Source: an uncultured Verrucomicrobiae bacterium (GTDB lineage: Bacteria > Verrucomicrobiota > Verrucomicrobiia > Limisphaerales > JAFGQR01). Taken from it: 64,000 nt of DNA. Under the pieces are notes generated by a model. That model ran no database searches, was not told the origin of the DNA, and was given only the letters and a program-made list of their open reading frames with translations. A program made the position numbers and the translations under genes. Of the stretch, positions 1 to 12,018 are shown in pieces; within the stretch, counting starts at the first letter, position 1, and each line of letters starts with the position of its first letter. The stretch covers positions 320,001 through 384,000 of the forward strand of contig CAWBHS010000060.1 in the NCBI GenBank assembly GCA_963788655.1. Direction: 5' to 3'.

Positions 1-829
<829 letters not shown>

Positions 830-908
830 AAACTTGCTTTCCCGGAGATGAAACATGGAAGACCTGCCAATGTCCAAATGCTTTTGTGGATAATGAATCG
901 TGGAGGAC

Positions 909-1110
909 CGCCAGGTCTTGGAGTGCGACCGCCCGCCGCCGCTTTCTATGCATCGGGAGCCAAACAAGCTGAGTAGCCTCAAGTCTCATGGGGCATCCTC
1001 CTGTCTCCGAAAGCGCCGGCAAGCCGGGCGCACTCCAGACGCTGGCGCGAACTTGAGGGGGCATCGAACCTCGCGAAGCGCATGGAGTGCGTGGAGCTTG
1101 CGCCCGCTTT
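909..1110. repeat. Three REP-like palindromes of family A (TGGAGTGCG...GCTTGC...CGCTTT), in alternating orientation
   Basis: Copies at 909-945, 1010-1050 (reverse) and 1071-1110; same family at 45261-45407, 49551-49697 and 52140-52286. Confidence 0.85.
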
Positions 1111-1199
1111 CGCAGGCCGACAGCAGACCTATGGCCACCAGATCCTGTTTCAGCGATTCAGCCCTTCGGCTTTCGGATTTCGGATTTCCGCCGCCGTTC

Positions 1200-4100
1200 T
1201 TACCTCGGAAACGCCTTGTCCGGATATTTCGGCGGTGGCGGCACCGGGCGTGGATCCTTGGCGATTTGTTCCTGGAGAAGTTTGATGGCGGCTTTGAGTT
1301 GCGCGTCATCCCCGTTGAATGTGGCATGCGGCAGGTTGTCCACCACAATGTCCGGATCGACGCCATGGCCTTCAATCAGCCACTCGCCTTCGGGACCATA
1401 GACGCCGGTTTCCGCGGCGGTGGCCATCCCGCCGTCCACGAGCCAGCGGCGGGCAGACAGCCAAATCTCGCCGCCCCACGTGCGGGTGCCGATGACCTTG
1501 CCCAAGCCCAGGCGCTGGAAGCCTTCCGTGAATGCTTCGCCATCCGACGCGGTGCGCTCGTTGCACAGGACGACCGCGTGCCCGCGAAACGCATACTGCA
1601 TGTTCCAGGTCGGTAAACCGACACGCGGTTGCCAATAAAACCACGCCTTGCGCAGCAGCCGGCCGAGAATCCAGCTATCGATGTTCCCGCCACGATTGTG
1701 CCGCACGTCAATGATGAGCCCCTGGCGCTGGAACACCGGGTAGAAGTCGCGGGCCCACTCGGCGATGTTGCCGCTGCTCATGGCACGCAAGTGAACGTAA
1801 CCAATCTGGCCCTGCCCCAGTTCTTCCACCAGTCGCCGGCGCGTCCACTCCCATTCGTTGTAGCGCAACTCGGTTTCCTGGTCGGTACTGATGGGCCGCG
1901 CGATCACTTGGCGGGTCGGGTTCTTCGGCGGCGACTTCACTTCGAGCAGCACTTGCTGGCCGGCTTGCCCGCGCAAGAGCTGGATCGGATCAACGACATC
2001 CAGGGTCGGACGACCATTGAGACGCACCAGCACGTCACCTTCCTTGACGTTCACTTCCGGCCGGTTCAACGGTGAACGTTCGTCAGGATAATCGGGATCG
2101 GTTTGGTAAACGTGCGTGATCCGCCAGCCGCCAGCCGCCGCGTCGCGTTGGAGTTCCGCTCCCAGCGAGGCAAGTTTGATGTGGTCCGGCCCTTCGCGTT
2201 CGTCGCCGTAGCGCACAAAAATGTGCAGCGCGGATAACTCGCCCACCATCTCGGAAATCAAATCGCTGAGTTCACTGCGGTCCGCAACCCGGTCCACCAG
2301 CGGGAGGTATTTTTCGAGCACACCCCGCCAATCGACGCCGTTCATGTTCCGGTCGTAAAAGTAGTCGCGCATCATACGCCAAGACTCGCGGAAGATTTGC
2401 CGCCATTCTTCGCGCGGTTCGAGCGAGAGCATCCAACTGCCCAAGTTCACCCGAGCATCGTCGAGCTTGGCGGGAGCGGAACTGCCGGCGCCAATGACGT
2501 AGAAGCTGTCACCTTTGCGAACGAGTATATGCTTACCATCGATTGACAGTTCGTAGCTTTTGATGTCCGGCACCAGGGTTTTGGGTTTGGGCTTGTCATT
2601 GGTCTTTTCGAGCATCTGCAATTCGGTCTTGGCGTCGAAACCAGTGGGGCGCGAGGTCCAGAACAGACGTTTCCCCGCGGCGGTCAGCGAAGAATAATTG
2701 CCGGCGGGAACCGGTAGTTCTTCCAGGCGATCCTTAAGGCCGTCCAGTTCAATGGTCACTTTGACCGCACGCTCTTCTTTCGATTTTTCGGTGGCTTCGT
2801 CTTTGTCCTTTTTACCGGTCGCTGGTTTCTTGTCCTCGTCCACAGGCTGCAACTCATCATCCGGCCGGAAGGGCGAACGCAGCCCTTTGACCAGCGCCAA
2901 TTGGTAAATCTTGGTGGTTTCGGTGAAATACGGTTCCGGTTGCCGCGCACCCCAGGGACTGCTCACCAGCGAACGGAGTCGCCGATCCGACAGAAAATAT
3001 AGCCACTTGCCATCCGGCGACCACGCGGGATTCGAACTGTTCACGCGGTCGCTGGTCAGGATTGCGTGCCGCCCGTCGGACACATGATATACATGAATTT
3101 GTTCGTAGGTATTGGCAGCGGTTTGTACATAAGCCAACCATTGGCTGTCGGGCGACCAAGTCAGATCGGAAAAGTTCTCATTCCGCGACGTGGCAATTCG
3201 CCGCGTTTCTTTGTGTTGAAGATCAAACACCCAAAGTTGCTGGTTCTTGTCGTAATAACTGAGCCACTTGCCATCGGGCGAAGACACGCCATGAAACCGA
3301 AACACATGTCCATCGCTCGTCAATTCCTTGAGTTCCCCGATACCATTGGCCGGCAGCGTCCAGAACTCATACTCTCCGGTTTCATCGGACAACAGCAGCA
3401 GGTTCTTCCCATCCGGCAGGAAGCAACCGTCCCGGTAACGCACCCCGGTGTGACGCGGCGCGACAACAAAGCGGCCTTGCTTGACCGGCGCCACGAAGAT
3501 TTGGCCGCGCGCCGTGAGCACCAGGCGGTCGCCCGCCGGCGAAAGGTGCGCGGAGGTCAGGTAGTCCATCGGTTTCGTTACCCATTTCTCGCGCTCTTGA
3601 TCGTAATCGGTTTCCAGCGTGATCGGGATCACCACATCAGAGCCGCGTGCGAGGTCCAGCAACCGCAAATCCGCCCGCTGCTGATAGACGATCCGCCCGG
3701 CATCGAGCGCGGCGGATTTTACGTCGAACCGTTTGTGGTGCGTGTGCTGTTGCCCGTCGGTGCCGTCCGGTTTCATCGACCAGATATTCATGATGCCGTC
3801 GCGGTCGCTCACGAAATAGACTCGCCCGTTCCAAAACATGGGATGCTTGCTCGTGCCCGGAAAATCTGCCGTCAACGGCGTCGCTTCCGCCGCGCCATCG
3901 GCATACCGCCACAAGTTCTGGGCGGTGCCGCCTTGATAACGTTTGGTGCTGCTGCCCTGAAACGGCAAACGGGTGAAGAACAGAACTTTCGCGGCCGGGT
4001 CAAACGCGCCTTCACTGGCCTGGCTCAACGGCACCAAGCGTCCTGCTTCCGTTTGGAGATCGAGCCGCACCAGTTGGACATTGGGCAAGGTGGAAAAAGC

Positions 4101-4556
4101 GCGCGTCGAATAAAGGATTTGTCCATCCGGCGTCCACCCGACAACCGTGGCGCCGCCTTCGAATGTGTGCCGCGTCGGCCGGCCACCGGCTACCGGCATG
4201 GAATAGACTTCAGTCAGCCCTTCGTATTCGGCGGAAAAGGCCACCGTCCGGCCATCGGGCGAAATGGCTGCGTGTGCTTCCATGCCCGGATGACTGGTCA
4301 ACCGATGGGCGGCACCACCTTGCACGCCTGCCGTCCATAGATCGCCTTCCGCGGTAAAAATCACGAGGTCACCGTGGATGGCGGGAAAACGATAGTAACC
4401 CAGCAAGGACGCGATGCCGACGGCGCGGGGACCATCCTTTGCCTTCGGTGCGGCAGCAACCTGCTGGTCCGAACCGGCGGCCAGCGCAGGTAGATTCCAT
4501 CCCACCGAAACGGCAAACAAAAGGACACCGAAGATTGATTGAAACGTGCTTTTCAC
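1200..4556 (-). CDS. Tricorn-type S41 protease (beta-propellers, PDZ, S41 domain), secreted; start uncertain (GTG 4556)
   Basis: GYYRFPAIHGDLVIFTAEGDLW N-terminus; WSPDG repeats; IGYVHL, LIIDVRHNRGG, catalytic TASDGE, IGTRTWGG, IEGHGVDPDI; hydrophobic signal peptide. Confidence 0.95.
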   Translation of the reverse strand: MKSTFQSIFGVLLFAVSVGWNLPALAAGSDQQVAAAPKAKDGPRAVGIASLLGYYRFPAIHGDLVIFTAEGDLWTAGVQGGAAHRLTSHPGMEAHAAISPDGRTVAFSAEYEGLTEVYSMPVAGGRPTRHTFEGGATVVGWTPDGQILYSTRAFSTLPNVQLVRLDLQTEAGRLVPLSQASEGAFDPAAKVLFFTRLPFQGSSTKRYQGGTAQNLWRYADGAAEATPLTADFPGTSKHPMFWNGRVYFVSDRDGIMNIWSMKPDGTDGQQHTHHKRFDVKSAALDAGRIVYQQRADLRLLDLARGSDVVIPITLETDYDQEREKWVTKPMDYLTSAHLSPAGDRLVLTARGQIFVAPVKQGRFVVAPRHTGVRYRDGCFLPDGKNLLLLSDETGEYEFWTLPANGIGELKELTSDGHVFRFHGVSSPDGKWLSYYDKNQQLWVFDLQHKETRRIATSRNENFSDLTWSPDSQWLAYVQTAANTYEQIHVYHVSDGRHAILTSDRVNSSNPAWSPDGKWLYFLSDRRLRSLVSSPWGARQPEPYFTETTKIYQLALVKGLRSPFRPDDELQPVDEDKKPATGKKDKDEATEKSKEERAVKVTIELDGLKDRLEELPVPAGNYSSLTAAGKRLFWTSRPTGFDAKTELQMLEKTNDKPKPKTLVPDIKSYELSIDGKHILVRKGDSFYVIGAGSSAPAKLDDARVNLGSWMLSLEPREEWRQIFRESWRMMRDYFYDRNMNGVDWRGVLEKYLPLVDRVADRSELSDLISEMVGELSALHIFVRYGDEREGPDHIKLASLGAELQRDAAAGGWRITHVYQTDPDYPDERSPLNRPEVNVKEGDVLVRLNGRPTLDVVDPIQLLRGQAGQQVLLEVKSPPKNPTRQVIARPISTDQETELRYNEWEWTRRRLVEELGQGQIGYVHLRAMSSGNIAEWARDFYPVFQRQGLIIDVRHNRGGNIDSWILGRLLRKAWFYWQPRVGLPTWNMQYAFRGHAVVLCNERTASDGEAFTEGFQRLGLGKVIGTRTWGGEIWLSARRWLVDGGMATAAETGVYGPEGEWLIEGHGVDPDIVVDNLPHATFNGDDAQLKAAIKLLQEQIAKDPRPVPPPPKYPDKAFPR

Positions 4557-4984
4557 GGAACAAAGAAATACGGGATTCGCCACTGGCTGCCAATCGGGAA
4601 AAGAGCTCAAACATTGGTGCCCCCCTTCGAACCTCAGTCGGTTTTGGAACGTCCGAATCCGCGGCGGCTATTGCCGGGTCAGTAACTTTCGTAAACCACA
4701 AACACACGAAGACACTGCCTAATCGCAACCCAAAATGCTTGAACAAACAGTTCAGACTCGGCAACGAACCGCTCACCGTGCCTTGGGCATCCGGTATCCG
4801 GTATCCAGCATCGGGCATCCAGATCGACCTTCCATCCTGACGACCGCGCCAGCCGACTTGACACCTGATTTCGCACTACCTACCGCCAATCATTTCCGTC
4901 CACGGCCACGGCTTCCCGCGCGGAACAGTTTCTTCCAGAACGGTTTTGACTTCTGAACCAAAAGAAGCTCCTATTGCTAATAAC

Positions 4985-6785
4985 ATGCAGTTGCACAAAT
5001 CATTTAGGATCCATTGCGTACGGGCAAAAATCGGGTGGCATGGGCTATGCCTGCTGTTGACCATTGGTCCGGCCATGGCCGATCTGGCCGAACCCCAGCG
5101 GGTCACCACCGATTTGACCCTGGCGAGCCTGATCCAGCGGGTATTGACCCACAACGAAACCGTCCAAACCAAGCTGCTGGAAATTGAAATCACCCGCCGC
5201 AAATACCGCGCGGAAAAAGGCATCTTCGAGCCGGAACTGGTACTGGATTACGAGCACCAGGACAACCAGCGGGAAACGACCTCGTTGGACTTCTTTCAAA
5301 ACCTCTCGCAAGTCCTGAATGAGCAAAACAACATCTACACCAGTGGCTTGGAATCGTTGGTGCCCACGGGTGCCAAGCTTCACCTGGGCTACACCTTGCG
5401 GGACTTGCGGAATAACTATCAAGGCCGCCTCAATCCGATGTTCGGCAATGGCGAGTTCGTCACGTTTGCCGGGGCCAGCCTGACTCAGCCATTGTTGAAA
5501 AACGCCGGCACCGCCGCGACGATGGCCAACATCCGCTTGGCAGCGGTGACGTCCGAAATCGCCTTCGAGGAGTACCGGCGCCAACTGATGCTCACCCTGT
5601 CCACGGCGGAAGCGGCCTATTGGAATTTGTATCTGGCGCAGGAACAAATGCTCTCCCTCAAACAATCCGTGGCCCTGGCGGAGAGCATCCTGAATGATAC
5701 CCAAGCGTCACTCAAAGTAGGCCGGGGCGCGGAATTGGACGTGCTGGAAGCGCAAGCGGGCTTGGCGTTGCGCCGTTCCAAGCAGGCGGAGGCGCGGCAA
5801 TTGTTTTTCGAAGCCGTCAATCGTCTGAATGCTCTTGTACTCCGAATCGATCCTCTCCGGCAACCGCACCGTGATTGCCGTCGATGAACCGCAAGTCACC
5901 AAAATACCGCTGACCTTTTTCGAAGGTTGGCAATCGGCCTTTGACTGGAACCCGGATTACCTGATCCGGCGCAAGCAGATTATCTCGGAGGACATCCGCC
6001 TGGCCTACGCGAAGAACCAACGGCTGCCGCAATTGGATCTCAAAGCCAGCTACGGACTCAACGGTCTGGGCGTGAGCCCGGCTGATTCCAACGACGATCT
6101 GTCCCGACAAGATTTCCCCTCCTGGTCCATCGGCTTGGAAATGCGGATTCCGTTGGGGGGCGGGATCAAAAGCCGAAATGAATTGGCGGCCTCCCTGCTG
6201 CGCAAGAAGCAAGCCCTGATCTCGCTCAAGGAATTGGAGAACCAGATTGCCAACGCATTGGACACTTCGTTGCACAAAGCGCGCAGCGCCCGGGACGACG
6301 TGCAGAACTACCGCACCGTGGTGGCGTTCAATGAGGATTTGCTCCAAACCCGCCTGGCCCAACTCAAAGCCGGCAAAGTCGAAAGCCGCAAAGTGCTCGA
6401 AGTGGAGGCGGCCTTGCTGGAAGCCAAAACGTCGCTGGCTGAAGCGAAAGTGAAATACAAACGCGCGCTGCTCGAACTGGAATTGATGCAAGGCTCGTTG
6501 TTACGCTCGCTGCACCTCGAATTGACCCAACGCGACTTGGAACAGCGCACCTCCCAACTGCTCAAGCGTGGTGAAGTCACCGACCAGCAATACCAGCATT
6601 TCCTGAAAGAAGTGCAGGCGGCTTATTGGGAAAAGCAGCCGCCCATGGACACCGTAACCGAAGACAAGGCGCGCCAGATGTTGCGCGATACCGAACTCAA
6701 ATCCGCCCCCGAAACCCAACCGGTCCAGCCAATAAACCCAGATCAATACCAGCGCGCTTTGGAACTCTTGCGCCAGGAAAAGTGA
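4985..6785 (+). CDS. TolC-family outer membrane efflux protein, frameshifted at ~5835
   Basis: Signal peptide; SLTQPLLKNAG, AYWNLYLAQE and AKNQRLPQLDLKASYG motifs split over ORFs 4946-5887 and 5829-6785. Confidence 0.88.
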
Positions 6786-6799
6786 AGGCGGGAGGTAAA

Positions 6800-7016
6800 T
6801 CCGAAGACCGAAATCCGCAATCCGAACGAAGCCCACAGTCCATCGTCCGAAACGAAATTTCAAGTTGTATGCACTCCAGAACTCACAACGTTTCTTCGCA
6901 CTCGTTGCGCCACCCGAGCAGTGGGCGTAACCGTTGGTTTCCATCCCGTGGTCAGGTCCTTCGCTTCTTCGGATTTCGGCCTTCTTCTGGATTTCGGATT
7001 TCGGCCTTCGGATTTC
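6800..7016. repeat. TTCGGAT-type heptamer repeats in inverted arrangement
   Basis: CCGAAGACCGAAATCCGCAATCCGAA (~6801-6826) and TTCGGATTTCGGCCTTC...TTCGGATTTCGGCCTTCGGATTTC (6968-7016); same family at ~1165-1188 and ~37271-37318. Confidence 0.7.
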
Positions 7017-7744
7017 CCCTCCCCTTGTTGCTCGTCCTGGTGCTTGGCGCTGGCACGGTCAATTCCTTCTCCGCTTCGGAACCGGCGGCCTTCTCGGGTA
7101 TCACCGAACCGTTCTGGGATGTCATTTTGAGCGCGTCAGTGCCCGGCATCGTTAGCGCCAAAAAAATTCACGAGGGCGATTCCATCAAGGAGGGCGAGCC
7201 AATCCTGGAACTCGACAAACGCATGGAAGCATTCGAAGTCCACCGGCGCCAGTTGGTCATGGACGCCAAAAAGCGGGAGTTCGACAACACCCGGACGTTG
7301 TACGAAAACTCGAAAGGCGTTAGCAAAGATGAGTTGGACAAGGCGGAGCTGGAGTACCAAGTCGCCGCGGTCGAACACGACATGGCGGACGAACAACTGC
7401 GCAAACGCATCATTACCGCACCCTTTTCCGGAACCGTGGCGGAATTCTATCTCGACGAAGGCGAGGCCACGCAGGCTTACCAACCGCTGGCGCATTTGGT
7501 GGATACCAAACGTTGCTATTTCATCTGTAACATCGAAGCCAAAGCGGCCGCGGGCTTGAAGTTGAACCAAACCGTGAAATTGGAAATCGACACCGGCGCC
7601 GCTCCGGCAACTGTCCCGGCCAAAATTAGCTTCCTCTCACCGGTCGTGGACCCGGCCAGCGGTTTGCTAAAAATCAAGGCCCTGTTCGACAACACTGATG
7701 GCAAGCTCCGCCCCGGTCTGGCCGGTCGCATGATCCTCAACTAA
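6869..7744 (+). CDS. Membrane fusion protein (RND/HlyD periplasmic adaptor); start uncertain
   Basis: VPGIV...EGDSIKEGEPILELD lipoyl half, IITAPFSGTV, ISFLSPVVDPASG, LRPGLAG. Confidence 0.88.
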   Translation: MHSRTHNVSSHSLRHPSSGRNRWFPSRGQVLRFFGFRPSSGFRISAFGFPLPLLLVLVLGAGTVNSFSASEPAAFSGITEPFWDVILSASVPGIVSAKKIHEGDSIKEGEPILELDKRMEAFEVHRRQLVMDAKKREFDNTRTLYENSKGVSKDELDKAELEYQVAAVEHDMADEQLRKRIITAPFSGTVAEFYLDEGEATQAYQPLAHLVDTKRCYFICNIEAKAAAGLKLNQTVKLEIDTGAAPATVPAKISFLSPVVDPASGLLKIKALFDNTDGKLRPGLAGRMILN

Positions 7745-7753
7745 CGCAACACC

Positions 7754-9622
7754 ATGGCGAGCCCGAATCCAATCCAAAACGGCGAGCATGACGGCACGCT
7801 GCAGTCGCTTAATGAATTGCGCCGGTTTGCCGGTCCGCCGCGCGATTTCTGGCCGCGTTACCTGGCGTGTCTGGGCCAACTTTGCGCGGCCAGCCGGGTG
7901 GTCCTCTTGGTCCGCAATGCCGCGGGTACCGAAGGCTGGAAAAAACTGGTCGAATGGTCGGCCGAAGGCGGGGCCGCAAAACACGGCGCGGTATTCGCCA
8001 GCCAACTGGAGACGGTGGCGGAACGTTGCGCGCAGGACACCCATTTCGTCAGCCCGCTGGCCACCGCGGCGGGCCGCGGCAATGGCGCTTTCATTCTCGC
8101 TGACAAAATCCGGCTTCTGCGCGCCGAAGAGCAATGCGTCGCGGTCTGCCTGTTGCCCGAAGCCAGCGAAGCCTCCGCCCGCGAAACCCTTTTACGCCTG
8201 AACCTCGCCGCGGACACGCCATCCTCGTACCAGGAAAACCTCGCCGCCCAGCAAGCCAAAGCGGACGTCGAAAAATTGGCGGGTGCCCTGGACCTGATGA
8301 TCCAAGTGAATGCCGAGAAGAAGTTCGTCGCCGCCGCCCTGGCGTTTTGCAACGGCCTGGCCACCCGGTTCGGTTGCGACCGCGTCAGTCTCGGTTGGCT
8401 GCAACGCGGCTACATTCGGCTGCGCGCGATCAGCCGCACGGAGAACTTCAACCGCCAGATGGCCGCCGCGCAAGCCCTCGAAACGGCCATGGAAGAAGCC
8501 CTCGATCAGGACGATGAAGTCGTTTGGCCGGCGCCGGAAGAAGCCACGGTGGTTGCCCGCGACCATGAAGCGTTTGCCCGCGAACAAAAAGTCGATTACC
8601 TCTGCTCGCTGCCACTGCGCGTCGATGACAAGGTGGTGGCGGTCCTGACGTGCGAACGCCAAAGCGCCGCCTTTTCCGCGGCTGAACTCCAGCAACTGCG
8701 GCTCTGTGCGGACACGGCCGCGCGGCGCCTGGCCGACTTGCGGCACTACGATCGCTGGTTTGGGGCGCGGTGGGCCACCACCGCCCGCGAACAGTTGGGC
8801 AAAGTCGTCGGCCCGGAGCATACCTGGATCAAAGTGCTGACCCTGGTGATTGTGGCGCTGTTGGCGGTCCTGTTCTTTCTGCGCGTGCCCTACCGGGTGG
8901 AAGGCAACTTCGTTTTGCGCAGCGATGAGGTGGCTTATCTGACCGCGCCATTCGACGGCTACATTGACAGCGTACCGGTTCGTCCCGGCATGGCCGTCAA
9001 GGCTGGCGATCCGCTGCTGCGTTTTAAAACCAGCGAACTCGAGTTGGAGGAATCCGCAGCGCTGGCCGACTGGAACCGTTACCAGCGCGAAGCCGAAAAG
9101 TCCCGCGCCGCTAATTCGCTGGCCGAAATGCGGATTGCCGAGGCCATGGCCAACCAGGCCAAAGCCCGGCTGGACTTGACGCGATACCGGATCAACCAAG
9201 CGGTCATCAAATCACCGTTTGCCGGTGTGATTGTGGAAGGCGACCTGCGCGAGCGTCTCGGGTCGCCCGTGAAACAGGCCGACGTGCTGTTTAAAGTGGC
9301 GCGCGTGGATACGCTGTATATTGAAGCTGAAATCAACGAACGCGACATCCATGAAATTATCGGCAAGCACACCGGCGAAATGGCGTTCGTGAGCCAGCCC
9401 CAGCTCAAGTTTCCCATCCGCATCGTGAACATCGAACAAGCGGCGTTTCCCAAGAACGAGAAGAACGTGTTCCAGGTCCGTTGCGCGGTCGAAGGCGGTC
9501 CGCAGCCCTGGTGGCGTCCCGGCATGAGCGGCCTCTGCAAATTCAACGTCGAAAAACGGACTCTCATCTGGATCGTCAGCCACCGCACCGTCGATTTCTT
9601 GCGGATGTTGTTTTGGTGGTGA
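7754..9622 (+). CDS. GAF domain + HlyD-family secretion adaptor
   Basis: GAF-like CDRVSLG...AMEEALDQ...LCSLPLR...VAVLTCER; one TM helix; APFDGYI...VKAGDPL; SPFAGVIVEGDL; WRPGMSG. Confidence 0.85.
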   Translation: MASPNPIQNGEHDGTLQSLNELRRFAGPPRDFWPRYLACLGQLCAASRVVLLVRNAAGTEGWKKLVEWSAEGGAAKHGAVFASQLETVAERCAQDTHFVSPLATAAGRGNGAFILADKIRLLRAEEQCVAVCLLPEASEASARETLLRLNLAADTPSSYQENLAAQQAKADVEKLAGALDLMIQVNAEKKFVAAALAFCNGLATRFGCDRVSLGWLQRGYIRLRAISRTENFNRQMAAAQALETAMEEALDQDDEVVWPAPEEATVVARDHEAFAREQKVDYLCSLPLRVDDKVVAVLTCERQSAAFSAAELQQLRLCADTAARRLADLRHYDRWFGARWATTAREQLGKVVGPEHTWIKVLTLVIVALLAVLFFLRVPYRVEGNFVLRSDEVAYLTAPFDGYIDSVPVRPGMAVKAGDPLLRFKTSELELEESAALADWNRYQREAEKSRAANSLAEMRIAEAMANQAKARLDLTRYRINQAVIKSPFAGVIVEGDLRERLGSPVKQADVLFKVARVDTLYIEAEINERDIHEIIGKHTGEMAFVSQPQLKFPIRIVNIEQAAFPKNEKNVFQVRCAVEGGPQPWWRPGMSGLCKFNVEKRTLIWIVSHRTVDFLRMLFWW

Positions 9623-9993
9623 TGCTCGTCCGATTTGTTCCCTCGTTGGGAACCACTTCCTTTTGCCCACCGGCCCAAGGCCAAGGCAATGAGGCATCAA
9701 GTCAGGAGGTGTTTCTCGACGAATTACAGCGGGCTGGGGCCTCGCACAGTTTCACAACCTGGCCCGGCTACGAGGTTGCGGGTCGGCCCATTGATCTTTT
9801 GGTGGAGAAACGTGGCCACTCGTTGGGTTTTGATCTGGTCGGCTATCCTGGCCAGTTCGCCAAGGCTTTTGACCTCGAAAAATACCGCTTGTTTCAACGG
9901 GCCGGCCGGCCTTTGTTTCCACTGTCATTCTCAGCGTGGCGCCGGACACGCACGAAACCGAACGCCGACTCACCGGGCAATTGCAGGCCATGA
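9622..9993 (+). pseudogene. Isolated PD-(D/E)xK-like domain resembling the C-terminus of SF1 helicase-nuclease proteins
   Basis: FLDEL...TWPGYEVAGRPIDLLVEKRGHSLGFDLVGYPGQF...YRLFQRAG..LFPLSFSAW; no helicase part present. Confidence 0.5.
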
Positions 9994-10430
9994 TGGCTGA
10001 TCCGCAGAACCGCGGCCGGGTCGTCGCGCATCACTCGGTGGATTTGATTATTCCCATCCTCGATCCCGAAGGAAATGACCGCGAGGATTTCCTGCGTTGG
10101 ACCGTCAAGCCGGTCATGGCCCATCCGACGACGCCCCAACAGTTGAAAACCCTCGAGGCTGAAACGCGCGATTATTTGGCGGCGAGTTTTTCCTCGCTGC
10201 GTTCCGAGCTAAAAGCCAAAGCCAAGACCAAGGGGACCTACGGCCAATTGGATTTCATACAGATTTGGCCATCGTGCGGGACCAACTGCCTCCAGCCATC
10301 GAAGAAACCCGGCGTTACCAAACGTTGCAAGTGCTCGTCAATTGCACCCGCCGCAATCTGCTGCCCGATCCCGACGCCACCGAAGCCCAGCGGGAAGAAT
10401 GGAGCGCTGAACTGCAAGGTGCGGTAGGGC
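9945..10430 (+). pseudogene. C-terminal remnant of an AAA+ ATPase (no Walker A/B), frameshifted at ~10262
   Basis: HETERRLTGQLQAMMADPQNRGRV...DLIIPILDPEG...[shift] IVRDQLPPAIEETRRYQTLQVLVNCTRRNLLP; ends at a GTAG-type REP (10424). Confidence 0.5.
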
Positions 10431-11067
10431 GAGACTCCGTCGAGCCCAAATTTCCCCGCATCGCTGGCGCCGATCCAGAAGCGGTGTCGGTGGGAAGGCT
10501 TGGGCGCTCGATCGTTAGAGATTTCTCGTTGGTTATATCAGGGTTCGCGAACACGCTCGCGCTCCAATGGACGACTCAGCGGCGGCCGTCAATGAACCTT
10601 CGTCTCCCCCACTACTCTGGGATTTGGTCCTTGGTCATTGTTCCTCGGTTATGCCGTAATTCAGCTAAGCCGGATGGAGAAGCTTTCCACATAGTCAAAG
10701 TCACTGCCGCTAAAAACATCCTACCGCAGTCGTTTTCATGAAAGAACGCGCAGTTTTCTCCGTAGATAACGGGCATACAGGAGAATTGTTATGGGTAGTC
10801 AGGTGGAATGGATTGAGGATGGGGCAGGTGCCGGGAGGGAAACGGGCGATTGTGGCGCTGCTTTGGCCGCGAAATGCCACGCCCCGCCCGGCCAGCTTCC
10901 CCGAGCTTTATTGCCGACAGGGGCGCTGGCGCCAAGCGATGGATTCCCAAGCTGAGCAGGAACCACGCGGCCCGGCGTTTGCCCATCCAATGGGTGACCG
11001 TCGCTGCTGAGAGCTGGACAATTGCTATCGGTGCCAAGGCCGAACGTCGGGCGATGACGGGCACCTT

Positions 11068-11733
11068 TTGAAGCTGCACGCGCAGCTCCTGGCCGGAGAC
11101 ACCCATGCCGCCAATTTGATCGCCGAGTTTCTTCTGGCAAAGTTGATACGAAAAGTTCACGCCTATTTCCGAAGTCGGGACACCCAGTTAGTTTCCGACG
11201 CCGTTACCGATGCCCTGTTGGATTATATCAATAAGCCCCATAATTTTGATGCGAGCCACGGAAAAGGTTTGGGGTCGTTCCTTTTGCAAGAAGCCCAATG
11301 GCGCCTGGAGACACTTCAACGTTCCGAAAGACGCCGGGTCCGCCGCCAACAGGAGTTCAGCGCCGCGTGCCAATTCGAGATGGAATCGGTCTTGTCGGCG
11401 GAAAACAGTCAATGCGATCGCCTTCTGAACACGGATGCGCCGCTTGAAGAGCTACTTGCGCAGTGCGCGCAAGCCTTTTTAAGCCCGACTGATCACGCCA
11501 TCATCGAGTTGATGGCCAGGGGCACGCGGAAGACGGAGGACTTTGCCTCAGTCATGGGCTTGCGGCACCTGGAGTCCGACGCAAGGCGCAAGGAAGTAAA
11601 ACGCGCCAAGGACCGCATTTCGAAGAGGCTTCAACGTCAGATGCGGAACCTTGCCCGGAAGTATTTTGAGATTTCCAAAGAAAGTTTGTCGAACTTCGCC
11701 TTTGGCGGCGCATTAACAAGTAGAAGGCCATGA
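11068..11733 (+). CDS. ECF-like sigma-70 factor
   Basis: Region 2-like DAVTDALLDY...FDASHGKGLGSFL; region 4-like LSPTDHAIIELMARG...FASVMGL...VKRAKDRISKRL. Confidence 0.7.
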   Translation: MKLHAQLLAGDTHAANLIAEFLLAKLIRKVHAYFRSRDTQLVSDAVTDALLDYINKPHNFDASHGKGLGSFLLQEAQWRLETLQRSERRRVRRQQEFSAACQFEMESVLSAENSQCDRLLNTDAPLEELLAQCAQAFLSPTDHAIIELMARGTRKTEDFASVMGLRHLESDARRKEVKRAKDRISKRLQRQMRNLARKYFEISKESLSNFAFGGALTSRRP

Positions 11734-12018
11734 AGTCGCAAGATGCAAACGAATGATGTCACGAAAACGCGGAACACTGCGCGGATGGATCGGCCGGTTA
11801 TTATCACCGCCGCGAGTTGCGACCTGCCCGTTGGGGCCGAGCGAATGAGTTTGGAGTTTAAACTCCAAATCCCAAGCCCGCGCCTGCGGCTTGAAAGACG
11901 GCGTACAGGCGGCCAGAGGCGGGTCCGGCACGGGCGCAACGGCTTTGGCCTTCTGAAGGAAAAAGGTAACGCATTCAAACTCAGCATGATCTCGGCATGA
12001 ACCATGGAAAGTGAGCTT

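Noticed and set aside
10939..11067. Selenocysteine read-through (RRC-TGA-ELDNCYRC) in frame with the sigma factor
   Set aside because: No recognisable selenoprotein family or SECIS hairpin; the sigma domain is complete from ~11068.
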